NCBI GenBank assembly: GCA_964016885.1
Contig: OZ024746.1
Span: 99,882,001 to 99,946,000, forward strand
DNA length: 64,000 nucleotides
Direction: 5' to 3'
Source of the DNA: Eledone cirrhosa
Lineage: Eukaryota
The position numbers and the translations under genes are program-made. Position 1 is the first letter of the stretch, and every line of letters begins with the position of its first letter. The notes beneath the pieces are model-generated. The model did no database searches and was not told the origin of the DNA. It saw only the letters and a program-made list of their open reading frames with translations. Below are positions 48,701-64,000 of the stretch, piece after piece.

Positions 48701-51700
48701 TAACCCTTTACCATTACATTACTCTATATATACTATAGTAATCCTTTACCATTACATTACTCTATATATACTATAGTAACGCTTTACTATTACATTACTC
48801 TATATATACTATTGTAACCCTTTACTATTACATTAATCTATATATACTATTGTAACCCTTTACCACTACATTACTCTATATATACTATTGTAACCCTTTA
48901 CCATTACATTACTCTATATATACTATAGTAACCCTTTACTATTACATTACTCTATATATACTATTGTAACCCTTTACCATTACATTACTCTATATATACT
49001 ATAGTAACCCTTTACCATTACATTACTCTATATATACTATAGTAACCCTTTACCATTACATTACTCTATATATTCTATTGTAACCCTTTACCATTACATT
49101 ACTCTATATATACTATAGTAACCCTTTACCATTACATTACTCTATATATTCTATTGTAACCCTTTACCATTACATTACTCTATATATACTATAGTAACCC
49201 TTTACTATTACATTACTCTATATATACTATAGTAACCCATTACCATTACATTACTCTATATATACTATAGTAACGCTTTACCATTACATTACTCTATATA
49301 TTCTATTGTAACCCTTTACCATTATATTACTCTATATATACTATAGTAACCCTTTACTATTACATTACTCTATATATACTATAGTAACCCTTTACCATTA
49401 CATTACTCTATATATACTATAGTAACCCTTTACCATTACATTACTCTATATATACTATTGTAACCCTTTACCACTACATTACTCTATATATACTATTGTA
49501 CCCCTTTACTATTACATTATTCTATATATTCTATTGTAACCCTTTACCATTACATTACTCTATATATATACTATTGTAACCCTTTACTACTACATTACTT
49601 TATATATTCTATTGTAACCCTTTACCATTACATTACTCTATATATACTATGGTAACCGTTTACCATGACATTACTCTATATATACTATTGTAACCCTTTA
49701 CTACTACATTACTTTATATATTCTATTGTAACCCTTTACCATTACATTACTCTATATATACTATTGTAACCCTTTACCATTACATTACTCTATATATTCT
49801 ATTGTAACCCTTTACCATTTACATTACTCTATATATTCTATTGTAACCCTTTACCATTACATTACTCTATATATACTATAGTAACCTTTACCATTACATT
49901 ACTCTATATATACTATAGTAACCCTTTACCATTATATTACTCTATATATACTATTGTAACCCTTTACCATTTACATTACTCTATATATTCTATTGTAACC
50001 CTTTACCATTTACATTACTCTATATATTCTATTGTAACCCTTTACCACTACATTACTCTATATATATGCTATTGTAGCCCTTTACCACTACATTACTCTA
50101 TATATACTATTGTAACCCTTTACAATTACATTACTCTATATATACTATAGTAACCCTTTACCATTACATTACTCTATATATTCTATTGTAACCCTTTACC
50201 ATTACATTACTCTATATATACTATAGTAACCCTTTACCATTACATTACTCTATATATTCTATTGTAACCCTTTACTATTACATTACTCTATATATACTAT
50301 TGTAACCCTTTACTATTACATTACTCTATATATTCTATTGTAACCCTTTACCATTACATTACTCTATATATACTATAGTAATCCTTTACCATTACATTAC
50401 TCTATATATACTATAGTAACCCTTTACTATTACATTACTCTATATATACTATTGTAACCCTTTACTATTACATTAATCTATATATACTATTGTAACCCTT
50501 TACCACTACATTACTCTATATATACTATTGTAACCCTTTACCATTACATTACTCTATATATACTATAGTAACCCTTTACTATTACATTACTCTATATATA
50601 CTATTGTAACCCTTTACCATTACATTACTCTATATATACTATAGTAACCCTTTACCATTACATTACTCTATATATACTATAGTAACCCTTTACCATTACA
50701 TTACTCTATATATTCTATTGTAACCCTTTACCATTACATTACTCTATATATACTATAGTAACCCTTTACCATTACATTACTCTATATATTCTATTGTAAC
50801 CCTTTACCATTACATTACTCTATATATACTATAGTAACCCTTTACTATTACATTACTCTATATATACTATAGTAACCCATTACCATTACATTACTCTATA
50901 TATACTATAGTAACGCTTTACCATTACATTACTCTATATATTCTATTGTAACCCTTTACCATTATATTACTCTATATATACTATAGTAACCCTTTACTAT
51001 TACATTACTCTATATATACTATAGTAACCCTTTACCATTACATTACTCTATATATACTATAGTAACCCTTTACCATTACATTACTCTATATATACTATTG
51101 TAACCCTTTACCACTACATTACTCTATATATACTATTGTACCCCTTTACTATTACATTATTCTATATATTCTATTGTAACCCTTTACCATTACATTACTC
51201 TATATATATACTATTGTAACCCTTTACTACTACATTACTTTATATATTCTATTGTAACCCTTTACCATTACATTACTCTATATATACTATGGTAACCGTT
51301 TACCATGACATTACTCTATATATACTATTGTAACCCTTTACTACTACATTACTTTATATATTCTATTGTAACCCTTTACCATTACATTACTCTATATATA
51401 CTATTGTAACCCTTTACCATTACATTACTCTATATATTCTATTGTAACCCTTTACCATTTACATTACTCTATATATTCTATTGTAACCCTTTACCATTAC
51501 ATTACTCTATATATACTATAGTAACCTTTACCATTACATTACTCTATATATACTATAGTAACCCTTTACCATTATATTACTCTATATATACTATTGTAAC
51601 CCTTTACCATTTACATTACTCTATATATTCTATTGTAACCCTTTACCATTTACATTACTCTATATATTCTATTGTAACCCTTTACCACTACATTACTCTA

Positions 51701-54700
51701 TATATATACTATTGTAGCCCTTTACCACTACATTACTCTATATATACTATTGTAACCCTTTACAATTACATTACTCTATATATACTATAGTAACCCTTTA
51801 CCATTACATTACTCTATATATTCTATTGTAACCCTTTACCATTACATTACTCTATATATACTATAGTAACCCTTTACCATTACATTACTCTATATATTCT
51901 ATTGTAACCCTTTACTATTACATTACTCTATATATACTATTGTAACCCTTTACTATTACATTACTCTATATATTCTATTGTAACCATTTACTATTACATT
52001 ACTCTATATATACTATAGTAACCCTTTTCCATTACATTACTCTATATATTCTATTGTAACCCTTTACTATTACATTACTCTATATATACTATTGTAACCC
52101 TTTACTATTACATTACTCTATATATACTATAGTAACCCTTTTCCATTACATTACTCTATATATACTATAGTAACCCTTTACCATTACATTACTCTATATA
52201 TACTATAGTAACCCTTTACCTTTACATTACTCTATATATTCTATTGTAACCCTTTACTATTACATTACTCTATATATACTATAGTAACCCTTTACCATTA
52301 CATTACTCTATATATACTATTGTAACCCTTTACCACTACATTACTCTATATATACTATAGTAACCCTTTACCACTACATTACTCTATATATACTATAGTA
52401 ACCCTTTACCATTACATTACTCTATATATTCTATTGTAACCCTTTACCATTACATTACTCTATATATACTATAGTAACCCTGTACCATTGCATTACTCTA
52501 TATATACTATTGTAACCCTTTACCATTACATTACTCTATATATACTATAGTAACCCTTTACTATTACATTACTCTATATATTCTATTGTAACCCTTTACC
52601 ATTACATTACTCTATATATACTATAGTAACCCTTTACCACTACATTACTCTATATATACTATTGTAACCCTTTACCATTACATTACTCTATATATATACT
52701 ATAGTAACCCTTTACCATTACATTACTCTATATATTCTATTGTAACCCTTTACCATTACATTACTCTATATATACTATAGTAATCCTTTACCATTACATT
52801 ACTCTATATATTCTATTGTAACCCTTTACCATTACATTACTCTATATATTCTATTGTAACCCTTTACCACTACATTACTCTATATATTCTATTGTAACCC
52901 TTTACCATTACATTACTCTATATATACTATAGTAACCCTTTACCATTACATTACTCTATATATTCTATTGTAACCGTTTACCATTACATTACTCTATATA
53001 TACTATAGTAACCCTTTACCATTACATTATTCTATATATATACTATTGTAACCCTTTACTACTACATTACTTTATATATTCTATTGTAACCCTTTACCAT
53101 TACATTACTTTATATATATACTATTGTAACCCTTTACCATTACATTACTCTATATATACTATAGTAACCCTTTACTATTACATTACTCTATATATACTAT
53201 TGTAACCCTTTACCATTACATTACTCTATATATACTATAGTAACCCTTTACCATTACATTACTGTATATATACTATAGTAACCCTTTACTATTACATTAC
53301 TCTATATATACTATTGTAACCCTTTACTATTACATTAATCTATATATACTATTGTAACCCTTTACCACTACATTACTCTATATATACTATTGTAACCCTT
53401 TACCATTACATTACTCTATATATACTATAGTAACCCTTTACTATTACATTACTCTATATATACTATAGTAACCCTTTACCATTACATTACTCTATATATA
53501 CTATAGTAACGCTTTACCACTACATTACTCTATATATACTATCGTAACCCTTTACCATTACATTACTCTATATATACTATAGTAACCTTTTACCATTACA
53601 TTACTCTATATATACTATAGTAACCCTTTACTATTACATTACTCTATATATACCATTGTAACCCTTTACCACTACATTACTCTATATATACTATTGTACC
53701 CCTTTACCATTACATTACTCTATATATACTATAGTAACCCTTTACCATTACATTACTCTATATATTCTATTGTAACCCTTTACCATTACATTACTCTATA
53801 TATACTATAGTAACCCTTTACTATTACATTACTCTATATATACTATAGTAACCCTTTACTATTACATTACTCTATATATACCATTGTAACCCTTTACCAC
53901 TACATTACTCTATATATACTATTGTAACCCTTTACTATTACATTAATCTATATATACTATTGTAACCCTTTACCACTACATTACTCTATATATACTATTG
54001 TAACCCTTTACCATTACATTACTCTATATATACTATAGTAACCCTTTACTATTACATTACTCTATATATACTATAGTAACCCTTTACCATTACATTACTC
54101 TATATATACTATAGTAACCCTTTACCATTACATTACTCTATATATACTATAGTAACCCTTTACCATTACATTACTCTATATATTCTATTGTAACCCTTTA
54201 CCATTACATTACTCTATATATACTATAGTAACCTTTTACCATTACATTACTCTATATATTCTATTGTAACCCTTTACCATTACATTACTCTATATATACT
54301 ATAGTAACCTTTTACCATTACATTACTCTATATATACTATAGTAACCCTTTACTATTACATTACTCTATATATACCATTGTAACCCTTTACCACTACATT
54401 ACTCTATATATACTATTGTACCCCTTTACCATTACATTACTCTATATATACTATAGTAACGCTTTACCACTACATTACTCTATATATTCTATTGTAACCC
54501 TTTACCATTACATTACTCTATATATACTATAGTAACGCTTTACCACTACATTACTCTATATATTCTATTGTAACCCTTTACCACTACATTACTCTATATA
54601 TTCTATTGTAACCCTTTACCATTACATTACTCTATATATACTATAGTAACCCTTTACCATTACATTACTCTATATATTCTATAGTAATCCTTTACTATTA

Positions 54701-57700
54701 CATTACTCTATATATACTATAGTAACCCTTTACCATTACATTACTCTATATATACTATAGTAACGCTTTACCACTACATTACTCTATATATTCTATTGTA
54801 ACCCTTTACCATTACATTACTCTATATATACTATCGTAACCCTTTACCACTACATTACTCTATATATACTATAGTAACCCTTTACCATTACATTACTCTA
54901 TATATTCTATTGTAACCCTTTACCATTACATTACTCTATATATACTATAGTAACCAATTACCATTACATTACTCTATATATACTATAGTAACCCTTTACC
55001 ATTACATTACTCTATATATTCTATTGTAACCCTTTACTATTACATTACTCTATATATACTATAGTAACCGTTTACCTTTACATTACTCTATATATTCTAT
55101 TGTAACCCTTTACCATTACATTACTCTATATATACTATAGTAACCCTTTACCATGACATTACTCTATATATACTATTGTAACCCTTTACTACTACATTAC
55201 TTTATATATTCTATTGTAACCCTTTACCATTACATTACTTTATATATACTATAGTAATCCTTTAGCATTACATTACTTTATATATATACTATTGTAACCC
55301 TTTACCATTACATTACTCTATATATACTATTGTAACCCTTTACCATTACATTACTCTATATATACTATAGTAACCCTTTACCATTACATTACTCTATATA
55401 TATACTATTGTAACCCTTTACTACTACATTACTTTATATATTCTATTGTAACCCTTTACCATTACATTTCTTTATATATATACTATTGTAACCCTTTACC
55501 ATTACATTACTCTATATATACTATAGTAACCCTTTACTATTACATTACTCTATATATACTATTGTAAACCTTTACCATTACATTACTCTATATATACTAT
55601 AGTAACCCTTTACCATTACATTACTCCATATATACTATAGTAACCCTTTACTATTACATTACTCTATATATTCTATAGTGACACTTTACCATTACATTAC
55701 TCTATATATTCTATTGTAACCCTTTACCATTACATTACTCTATATATACTATAGTAATCCTTTACCATTACATTACTCTATATATACTATAGTAACGCTT
55801 TACTATTACATTACTCTATATATACTATTGTAACCCTTTACTATTACATTAATCTATATATACTATTGTAACCCTTTACCACTACATTACTCTATATATA
55901 CTATTGTAACCCTTTACCATTACATTACTCTATATATACTATAGTAACCCTTTACTATTACATTACTCTATATATACTATTGTAACCCTTTACCATTACA
56001 TTACTCTATATATACTATAGTAACCCTTTACCATTACATTACTCTATATATACTATAGTAACCCTTTACCATTACATTACTCTATATATTCTATTGTAAC
56101 CCTTTACCATTACATTACTCTATATATACTATAGTAACCCTTTACCATTACATTACTCTATATATTCTATTGTAACCCTTTACCATTACATTACTCTATA
56201 TATACTATAGTAACCCTTTACTATTACATTACTCTATATATACTATAGTAACCCATTACCATTACATTACTCTATATATACTATAGTAACGCTTTACCAT
56301 TACATTACTCTATATATTCTATTGTAACCCTTTACCATTATATTACTCTATATATACTATAGTAACCCTTTACTATTACATTACTCTATATATACTATAG
56401 TAACCCTTTACCATTACATTACTCTATATATACTATAGTAACCCTTTACCATTACATTACTCTATATATACTATTGTAACCCTTTACCACTACATTACTC
56501 TATATATACTATTGTACCCCTTTACTATTACATTATTCTATATATTCTATTGTAACCCTTTACCATTACATTACTCTATATATATACTATTGTAACCCTT
56601 TACTACTACATTACTTTATATATTCTATTGTAACCCTTTACCATTACATTACTCTATATATACTATGGTAACCGTTTACCATGACATTACTCTATATATA
56701 CTATTGTAACCCTTTACTACTACATTACTTTATATATTCTATTGTAACCCTTTACCATTACATTACTCTATATATACTATTGTAACCCTTTACCATTACA
56801 TTACTCTATATATTCTATTGTAACCCTTTACCATTTACATTACTCTATATATTCTATTGTAACCCTTTACCATTACATTACTCTATATATACTATAGTAA
56901 CCTTTACCATTACATTACTCTATATATACTATAGTAACCCTTTACCATTATATTACTCTATATATACTATTGTAACCCTTTACCATTTACATTACTCTAT
57001 ATATTCTATTGTAACCCTTTACCATTTACATTACTCTATATATTCTATTGTAACCCTTTACCACTACATTACTCTATATATATGCTATTGTAGCCCTTTA
57101 CCACTACATTACTCTATATATACTATTGTAACCCTTTACAATTACATTACTCTATATATACTATAGTAACCCTTTACCATTACATTACTCTATATATTCT
57201 ATTGTAACCCTTTACCATTACATTACTCTATATATACTATAGTAACCCTTTACCATTACATTACTCTATATATTCTATTGTAACCCTTTACTATTACATT
57301 ACTCTATATATACTATTGTAACCCTTTACTATTACATTACTCTATATATTCTATTGTAACCCTTTACCATTACATTACTCTATATATACTATAGTAATCC
57401 TTTACCATTACATTACTCTATATATACTATAGTAACCCTTTACTATTACATTACTCTATATATACTATTGTAACCCTTTACTATTACATTAATCTATATA
57501 TACTATTGTAACCCTTTACCACTACATTACTCTATATATACTATTGTAACCCTTTACCATTACATTACTCTATATATACTATAGTAACCCTTTACTATTA
57601 CATTACTCTATATATACTATTGTAACCCTTTACCATTACATTACTCTATATATACTATAGTAACCCTTTACCATTACATTACTCTATATATACTATAGTA

Positions 57701-60700
57701 ACCCTTTACCATTACATTACTCTATATATTCTATTGTAACCCTTTACCATTACATTACTCTATATATACTATAGTAACCCTTTACCATTACATTACTCTA
57801 TATATTCTATTGTAACCCTTTACCATTACATTACTCTATATATACTATAGTAACCCTTTACTATTACATTACTCTATATATACTATAGTAACCCATTACC
57901 ATTACATTACTCTATATATACTATAGTAACGCTTTACCATTACATTACTCTATATATTCTATTGTAACCCTTTACCATTATATTACTCTATATATACTAT
58001 AGTAACCCTTTACTATTACATTACTCTATATATACTATAGTAACCCTTTACCATTACATTACTCTATATATACTATAGTAACCCTTTACCATTACATTAC
58101 TCTATATATACTATTGTAACCCTTTACCACTACATTACTCTATATATACTATTGTACCCCTTTACTATTACATTATTCTATATATTCTATTGTAACCCTT
58201 TACCATTACATTACTCTATATATATACTATTGTAACCCTTTACTACTACATTACTTTATATATTCTATTGTAACCCTTTACCATTACATTACTCTATATA
58301 TACTATGGTAACCGTTTACCATGACATTACTCTATATATACTATTGTAACCCTTTACTACTACATTACTTTATATATTCTATTGTAACCCTTTACCATTA
58401 CATTACTCTATATATACTATTGTAACCCTTTACCATTACATTACTCTATATATTCTATTGTAACCCTTTACCATTTACATTACTCTATATATTCTATTGT
58501 AACCCTTTACCATTACATTACTCTATATATACTATAGTAACCTTTACCATTACATTACTCTATATATACTATAGTAACCCTTTACCATTATATTACTCTA
58601 TATATACTATTGTAACCCTTTACCATTTACATTACTCTATATATTCTATTGTAACCCTTTACCATTTACATTACTCTATATATTCTATTGTAACCCTTTA
58701 CCACTACATTACTCTATATATATACTATTGTAGCCCTTTACCACTACATTACTCTATATATACTATTGTAACCCTTTACAATTACATTACTCTATATATA
58801 CTATAGTAACCCTTTACCATTACATTACTCTATATATTCTATTGTAACCCTTTACCATTACATTACTCTATATATACTATAGTAACCCTTTACCATTACA
58901 TTACTCTATATATTCTATTGTAACCCTTTACTATTACATTACTCTATATATACTATTGTAACCCTTTACTATTACATTACTCTATATATTCTATTGTAAC
59001 CATTTACTATTACATTACTCTATATATACTATAGTAACCCTTTTCCATTACATTACTCTATATATTCTATTGTAACCCTTTACTATTACATTACTCTATA
59101 TATACTATTGTAACCCTTTACTATTACATTACTCTATATATACTATAGTAACCCTTTTCCATTACATTACTCTATATATACTATAGTAACCCTTTACCAT
59201 TACATTACTCTATATATACTATAGTAACCCTTTACCTTTACATTACTCTATATATTCTATTGTAACCCTTTACTATTACATTACTCTATATATACTATAG
59301 TAACCCTTTACCATTACATTACTCTATATATACTATTGTAACCCTTTACCACTACATTACTCTATATATACTATAGTAACCCTTTACCACTACATTACTC
59401 TATATATACTATAGTAACCCTTTACCATTACATTACTCTATATATTCTATTGTAACCCTTTACCATTACATTACTCTATATATACTATAGTAACCCTGTA
59501 CCATTGCATTACTCTATATATACTATTGTAACCCTTTACCATTACATTACTCTATATATACTATAGTAACCCTTTACTATTACATTACTCTATATATTCT
59601 ATTGTAACCCTTTACCATTACATTACTCTATATATACTATAGTAACCCTTTACCACTACATTACTCTATATATACTATTGTAACCCTTTACCATTACATT
59701 ACTCTATATATATACTATAGTAACCCTTTACCATTACATTACTCTATATATTCTATTGTAACCCTTTACCATTACATTACTCTATATATACTATAGTAAT
59801 CCTTTACCATTACATTACTCTATATATTCTATTGTAACCCTTTACCATTACATTACTCTATATATTCTATTGTAACCCTTTACCACTACATTACTCTATA
59901 TATTCTATTGTAACCCTTTACCATTACATTACTCTATATATACTATAGTAACCCTTTACCATTACATTACTCTATATATTCTATTGTAACCGTTTACCAT
60001 TACATTACTCTATATATACTATAGTAACCCTTTACCATTACATTATTCTATATATATACTATTGTAACCCTTTACTACTACATTACTTTATATATTCTAT
60101 TGTAACCCTTTACCATTACATTACTTTATATATATACTATTGTAACCCTTTACCATTACATTACTCTATATATACTATAGTAACCCTTTACTATTACATT
60201 ACTCTATATATACTATTGTAACCCTTTACCATTACATTACTCTATATATACTATAGTAACCCTTTACCATTACATTACTGTATATATACTATAGTAACCC
60301 TTTACTATTACATTACTCTATATATACTATTGTAACCCTTTACTATTACATTAATCTATATATACTATTGTAACCCTTTACCACTACATTACTCTATATA
60401 TACTATTGTAACCCTTTACCATTACATTACTCTATATATACTATAGTAACCCTTTACTATTACATTACTCTATATATACTATAGTAACCCTTTACCATTA
60501 CATTACTCTATATATACTATAGTAACCCTTTACCATTACATTACTCTATATATTCTATTGTAGCCCTTTACCACTACATTACTCTATATATTCTATTGTA
60601 ACCCTTTACTACTACATTACTTTATATATACTATTGTAACCCTTTACTACTACATTACTTTATATTTTCTATTGTGACCCTTTACCATTACATTAATTTA

Positions 60701-63700
60701 TATATATACTATTGTAACCCTTTACCATTACATTACTCTATATATACTATAGTAACCCTTTACTATTACATTACTCTATATATACTATAGTAACCCTTTA
60801 CCATTACATTACTCTATATATACTATAGTAACCCTTTACCATTACATTACTCTATATATTCTATTGTAACCCTTTACCACTACATTACTCTATATATACT
60901 ATTGTAACCCTTTACTATTACATTACTCTATATATTCTATTGTAACCCTTTACCATTACATTACTCTATATATATACTATTGTAACCCTTTACTACTAGA
61001 TTACTTTATATATTCTATTGTAACCCTTTACCATTACATTACTCTATATATACTATTGTAACCCTTTACCATTACATTACTCTATATATTCTATTGTAAC
61101 CCTTTACCATTTACATTACTCTATATATTCTATTGTAACCCTTTACCATTACATTACTCTATATATACTATTGTAACCTTTACCATTACATTACTCTATA
61201 TATACTATAGTAACCCTTTACCATTATATTACTCTATATATACTATTGTAACCCTTTACCATTACATTACTCTATATATTCTATTGTAACCCTTTACCAT
61301 TTACATTACTCTATATATTCTATTGTAACCCTTTACCATTACATTACTCTATATATACTATAGTAACCTTTACCATTACATTACTCTATATATACTATAG
61401 TAACCCTTTACCATTATATTACTCTATATATACTATTGTAACCCTTTACCATTTACATTACTCTATATATTCTATTGTAACCCTTTACCATTTACATTAC
61501 TCTATATATTCTATTGTAACCCTTTACCACTACATTACTCTATATATATGCTATTGTAGCCCTTTACCACTACATTACTCTATATATACTATTGTAACCC
61601 TTTACAATTACATTACTCTATATATACTATAGTAACCCTTTACCATTACATTACTCTATATATTCTATTGTAACCCTTTACCATTACATTACTCTATATA
61701 TACTATAGTAACCCTTTACCATTACATTACTCTATATATTCTATTGTAACCCTTTACTATTACATTACTCTATATATACTATTGTAACCCTTTACTATTA
61801 CATTACTCTATATATTCTATTGTAACCCTTTACCATTACATTACTCTATATATACTATAGTAATCCTTTACCATTACATTACTCTATATATACTATAGTA
61901 ACCCTTTACTATTACATTACTCTATATATACTATTGTAACCCTTTACTATTACATTAATCTATATATACTATTGTAACCCTTTACCACTACATTACTCTA
62001 TATATACTATTGTAACCCTTTACCATTACATTACTCTATATATACTATAGTAACCCTTTACTATTACATTACTCTATATATACTATTGTAACCCTTTACC
62101 ATTACATTACTCTATATATACTATAGTAACCCTTTACCATTACATTACTCTATATATACTATAGTAACCCTTTACCATTACATTACTCTATATATTCTAT
62201 TGTAACCCTTTACCATTACATTACTCTATATATACTATAGTAACCCTTTACCATTACATTACTCTATATATTCTATTGTAACCCTTTACCATTACATTAC
62301 TCTATATATACTATAGTAACCCTTTACTATTACATTACTCTATATATACTATAGTAACCCATTACCATTACATTACTCTATATATACTATAGTAACGCTT
62401 TACCATTACATTACTCTATATATTCTATTGTAACCCTTTACCATTATATTACTCTATATATACTATAGTAACCCTTTACTATTACATTACTCTATATATA
62501 CTATAGTAACCCTTTACCATTACATTACTCTATATATACTATAGTAACCCTTTACCATTACATTACTCTATATATACTATTGTAACCCTTTACCACTACA
62601 TTACTCTATATATACTATTGTACCCCTTTACTATTACATTATTCTATATATTCTATTGTAACCCTTTACCATTACATTACTCTATATATATACTATTGTA
62701 ACCCTTTACTACTACATTACTTTATATATTCTATTGTAACCCTTTACCATTACATTACTCTATATATACTATGGTAACCGTTTACCATGACATTACTCTA
62801 TATATACTATTGTAACCCTTTACTACTACATTACTTTATATATTCTATTGTAACCCTTTACCATTACATTACTCTATATATAGTATTGTAACCCTTTACC
62901 ATTACATTACTCTATATATTCTATTGTAACCCTTTACCATTTACATTACTCTATATATTCTATTGTAACCCTTTACCATTACATTACTCTATATATACTA
63001 TAGTAACCTTTACCATTACATTACTCTATATATACTATAGTAACCCGTTACCATTATATTACTCTATATATACTATTGTAACCCTTTACCATTTACATTA
63101 CTCTATATATTCTATTGTAACCCTTTACCATTTACATTACTCTATATATTCTATTGTAACCCTTTACCACTACATTACTCTATATATATACTATTGTAGC
63201 CCTTTACCACTACATTACTCTATATATACTATTGTAACCCTTTACAATTACATTACTCTATATATACTATAGTAACCCTTTACCATTACATTACTCTATA
63301 TATTCTATTGTAACCCTTTACCATTACATTACTCTATATATACTATAGTAACCCTTTACCATTACATTACTCTATATATTCTATTGTAACCCTTTACCAT
63401 TACATTACTCTATATATACTATAGTAACCCTTTACCATTACATTACTCTATATATTCTATTGTAACCCTTTACTATTACATTACTCTATATATTCTATAG
63501 TGACACTTTACCATTACATTACTCTATATATTCTATTGTAACCCTTTACCATTACATTACTCTATATATACTATAGTAATCCTTTACCATTACATTACTC
63601 TATATATACTATAGTAACCCTTTACTATTACATTACTCTATATATACTATTGTAACCCTTTACTATTACATTAATCTATATATACTATTGTAACCCTTTA

Positions 63701-64000
63701 CCACTACATTACTCTATATATACTATTGTAACCCTTTACCATTACATTACTCTATATATACTATAGTAACCCTTTACTATTACATTACTCTATATATACT
63801 ATTGTAACCCTTTACCATTACATTACTCTATATATACTATAGTAACCCTTTACCATTACATTACTCTATATATACTATAGTAACCCTTTACCATTACATT
63901 ACTCTATATATTCTATTGTAACCCTTTACCATTACATTACTCTATATATACTATAGTAACCCTTTACCATTACATTACTCTATATATTCTATTGTAACCC
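45763..64000. repeat. 38-bp AT-rich satellite, about 480 units, open at the window end
   Basis: Unit aaccctttaccattacattactctatatat(a/t)ctat(a/t)gt; the array begins at a TTAA. Confidence 0.99.

Noticed and set aside
45763-64000. Telomeric array (contains TAACCC) or CRISPR array
   Set aside because: The unit is 38 bp with a single taaccc and no (TTAGGG)n run. There are no unique spacers or cas genes, and the context is eukaryotic.

Overview
AT-rich, repeat-dense animal genomic DNA. The SINE/RTE/microsatellite make-up suggests a mollusc, probably an octopod cephalopod (inference). The main content is a minus-strand gene largely missed by the ORF track. Eight GT-AG exons (43744 to 7970, 1267 nt) splice in frame. 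They encode the end of a divergent myosin motor domain, an acidic Tyr-motif linker, and the N-terminal transmembrane region of a chitin synthase, i.e. a myosin-motor chitin synthase. The gene runs out of both window ends. Its introns hold a 60-bp satellite (1-5022), a 38-bp satellite (45763-64000), about eight smaller tandem arrays, decayed RTE, CR1-like, Tx1/L1, R4/Dong and CRE-like LINEs, a mariner relic with a solo LTR, several MITE families, many tRNA-derived SINEs, long hairpins and hammerhead-ribozyme-like cores. Most tandem arrays trace to short pieces of transposons; notably the 38-bp satellite matches the end of a TTAA MITE. Family assignments rest on motif recognition by eye, with no database search.
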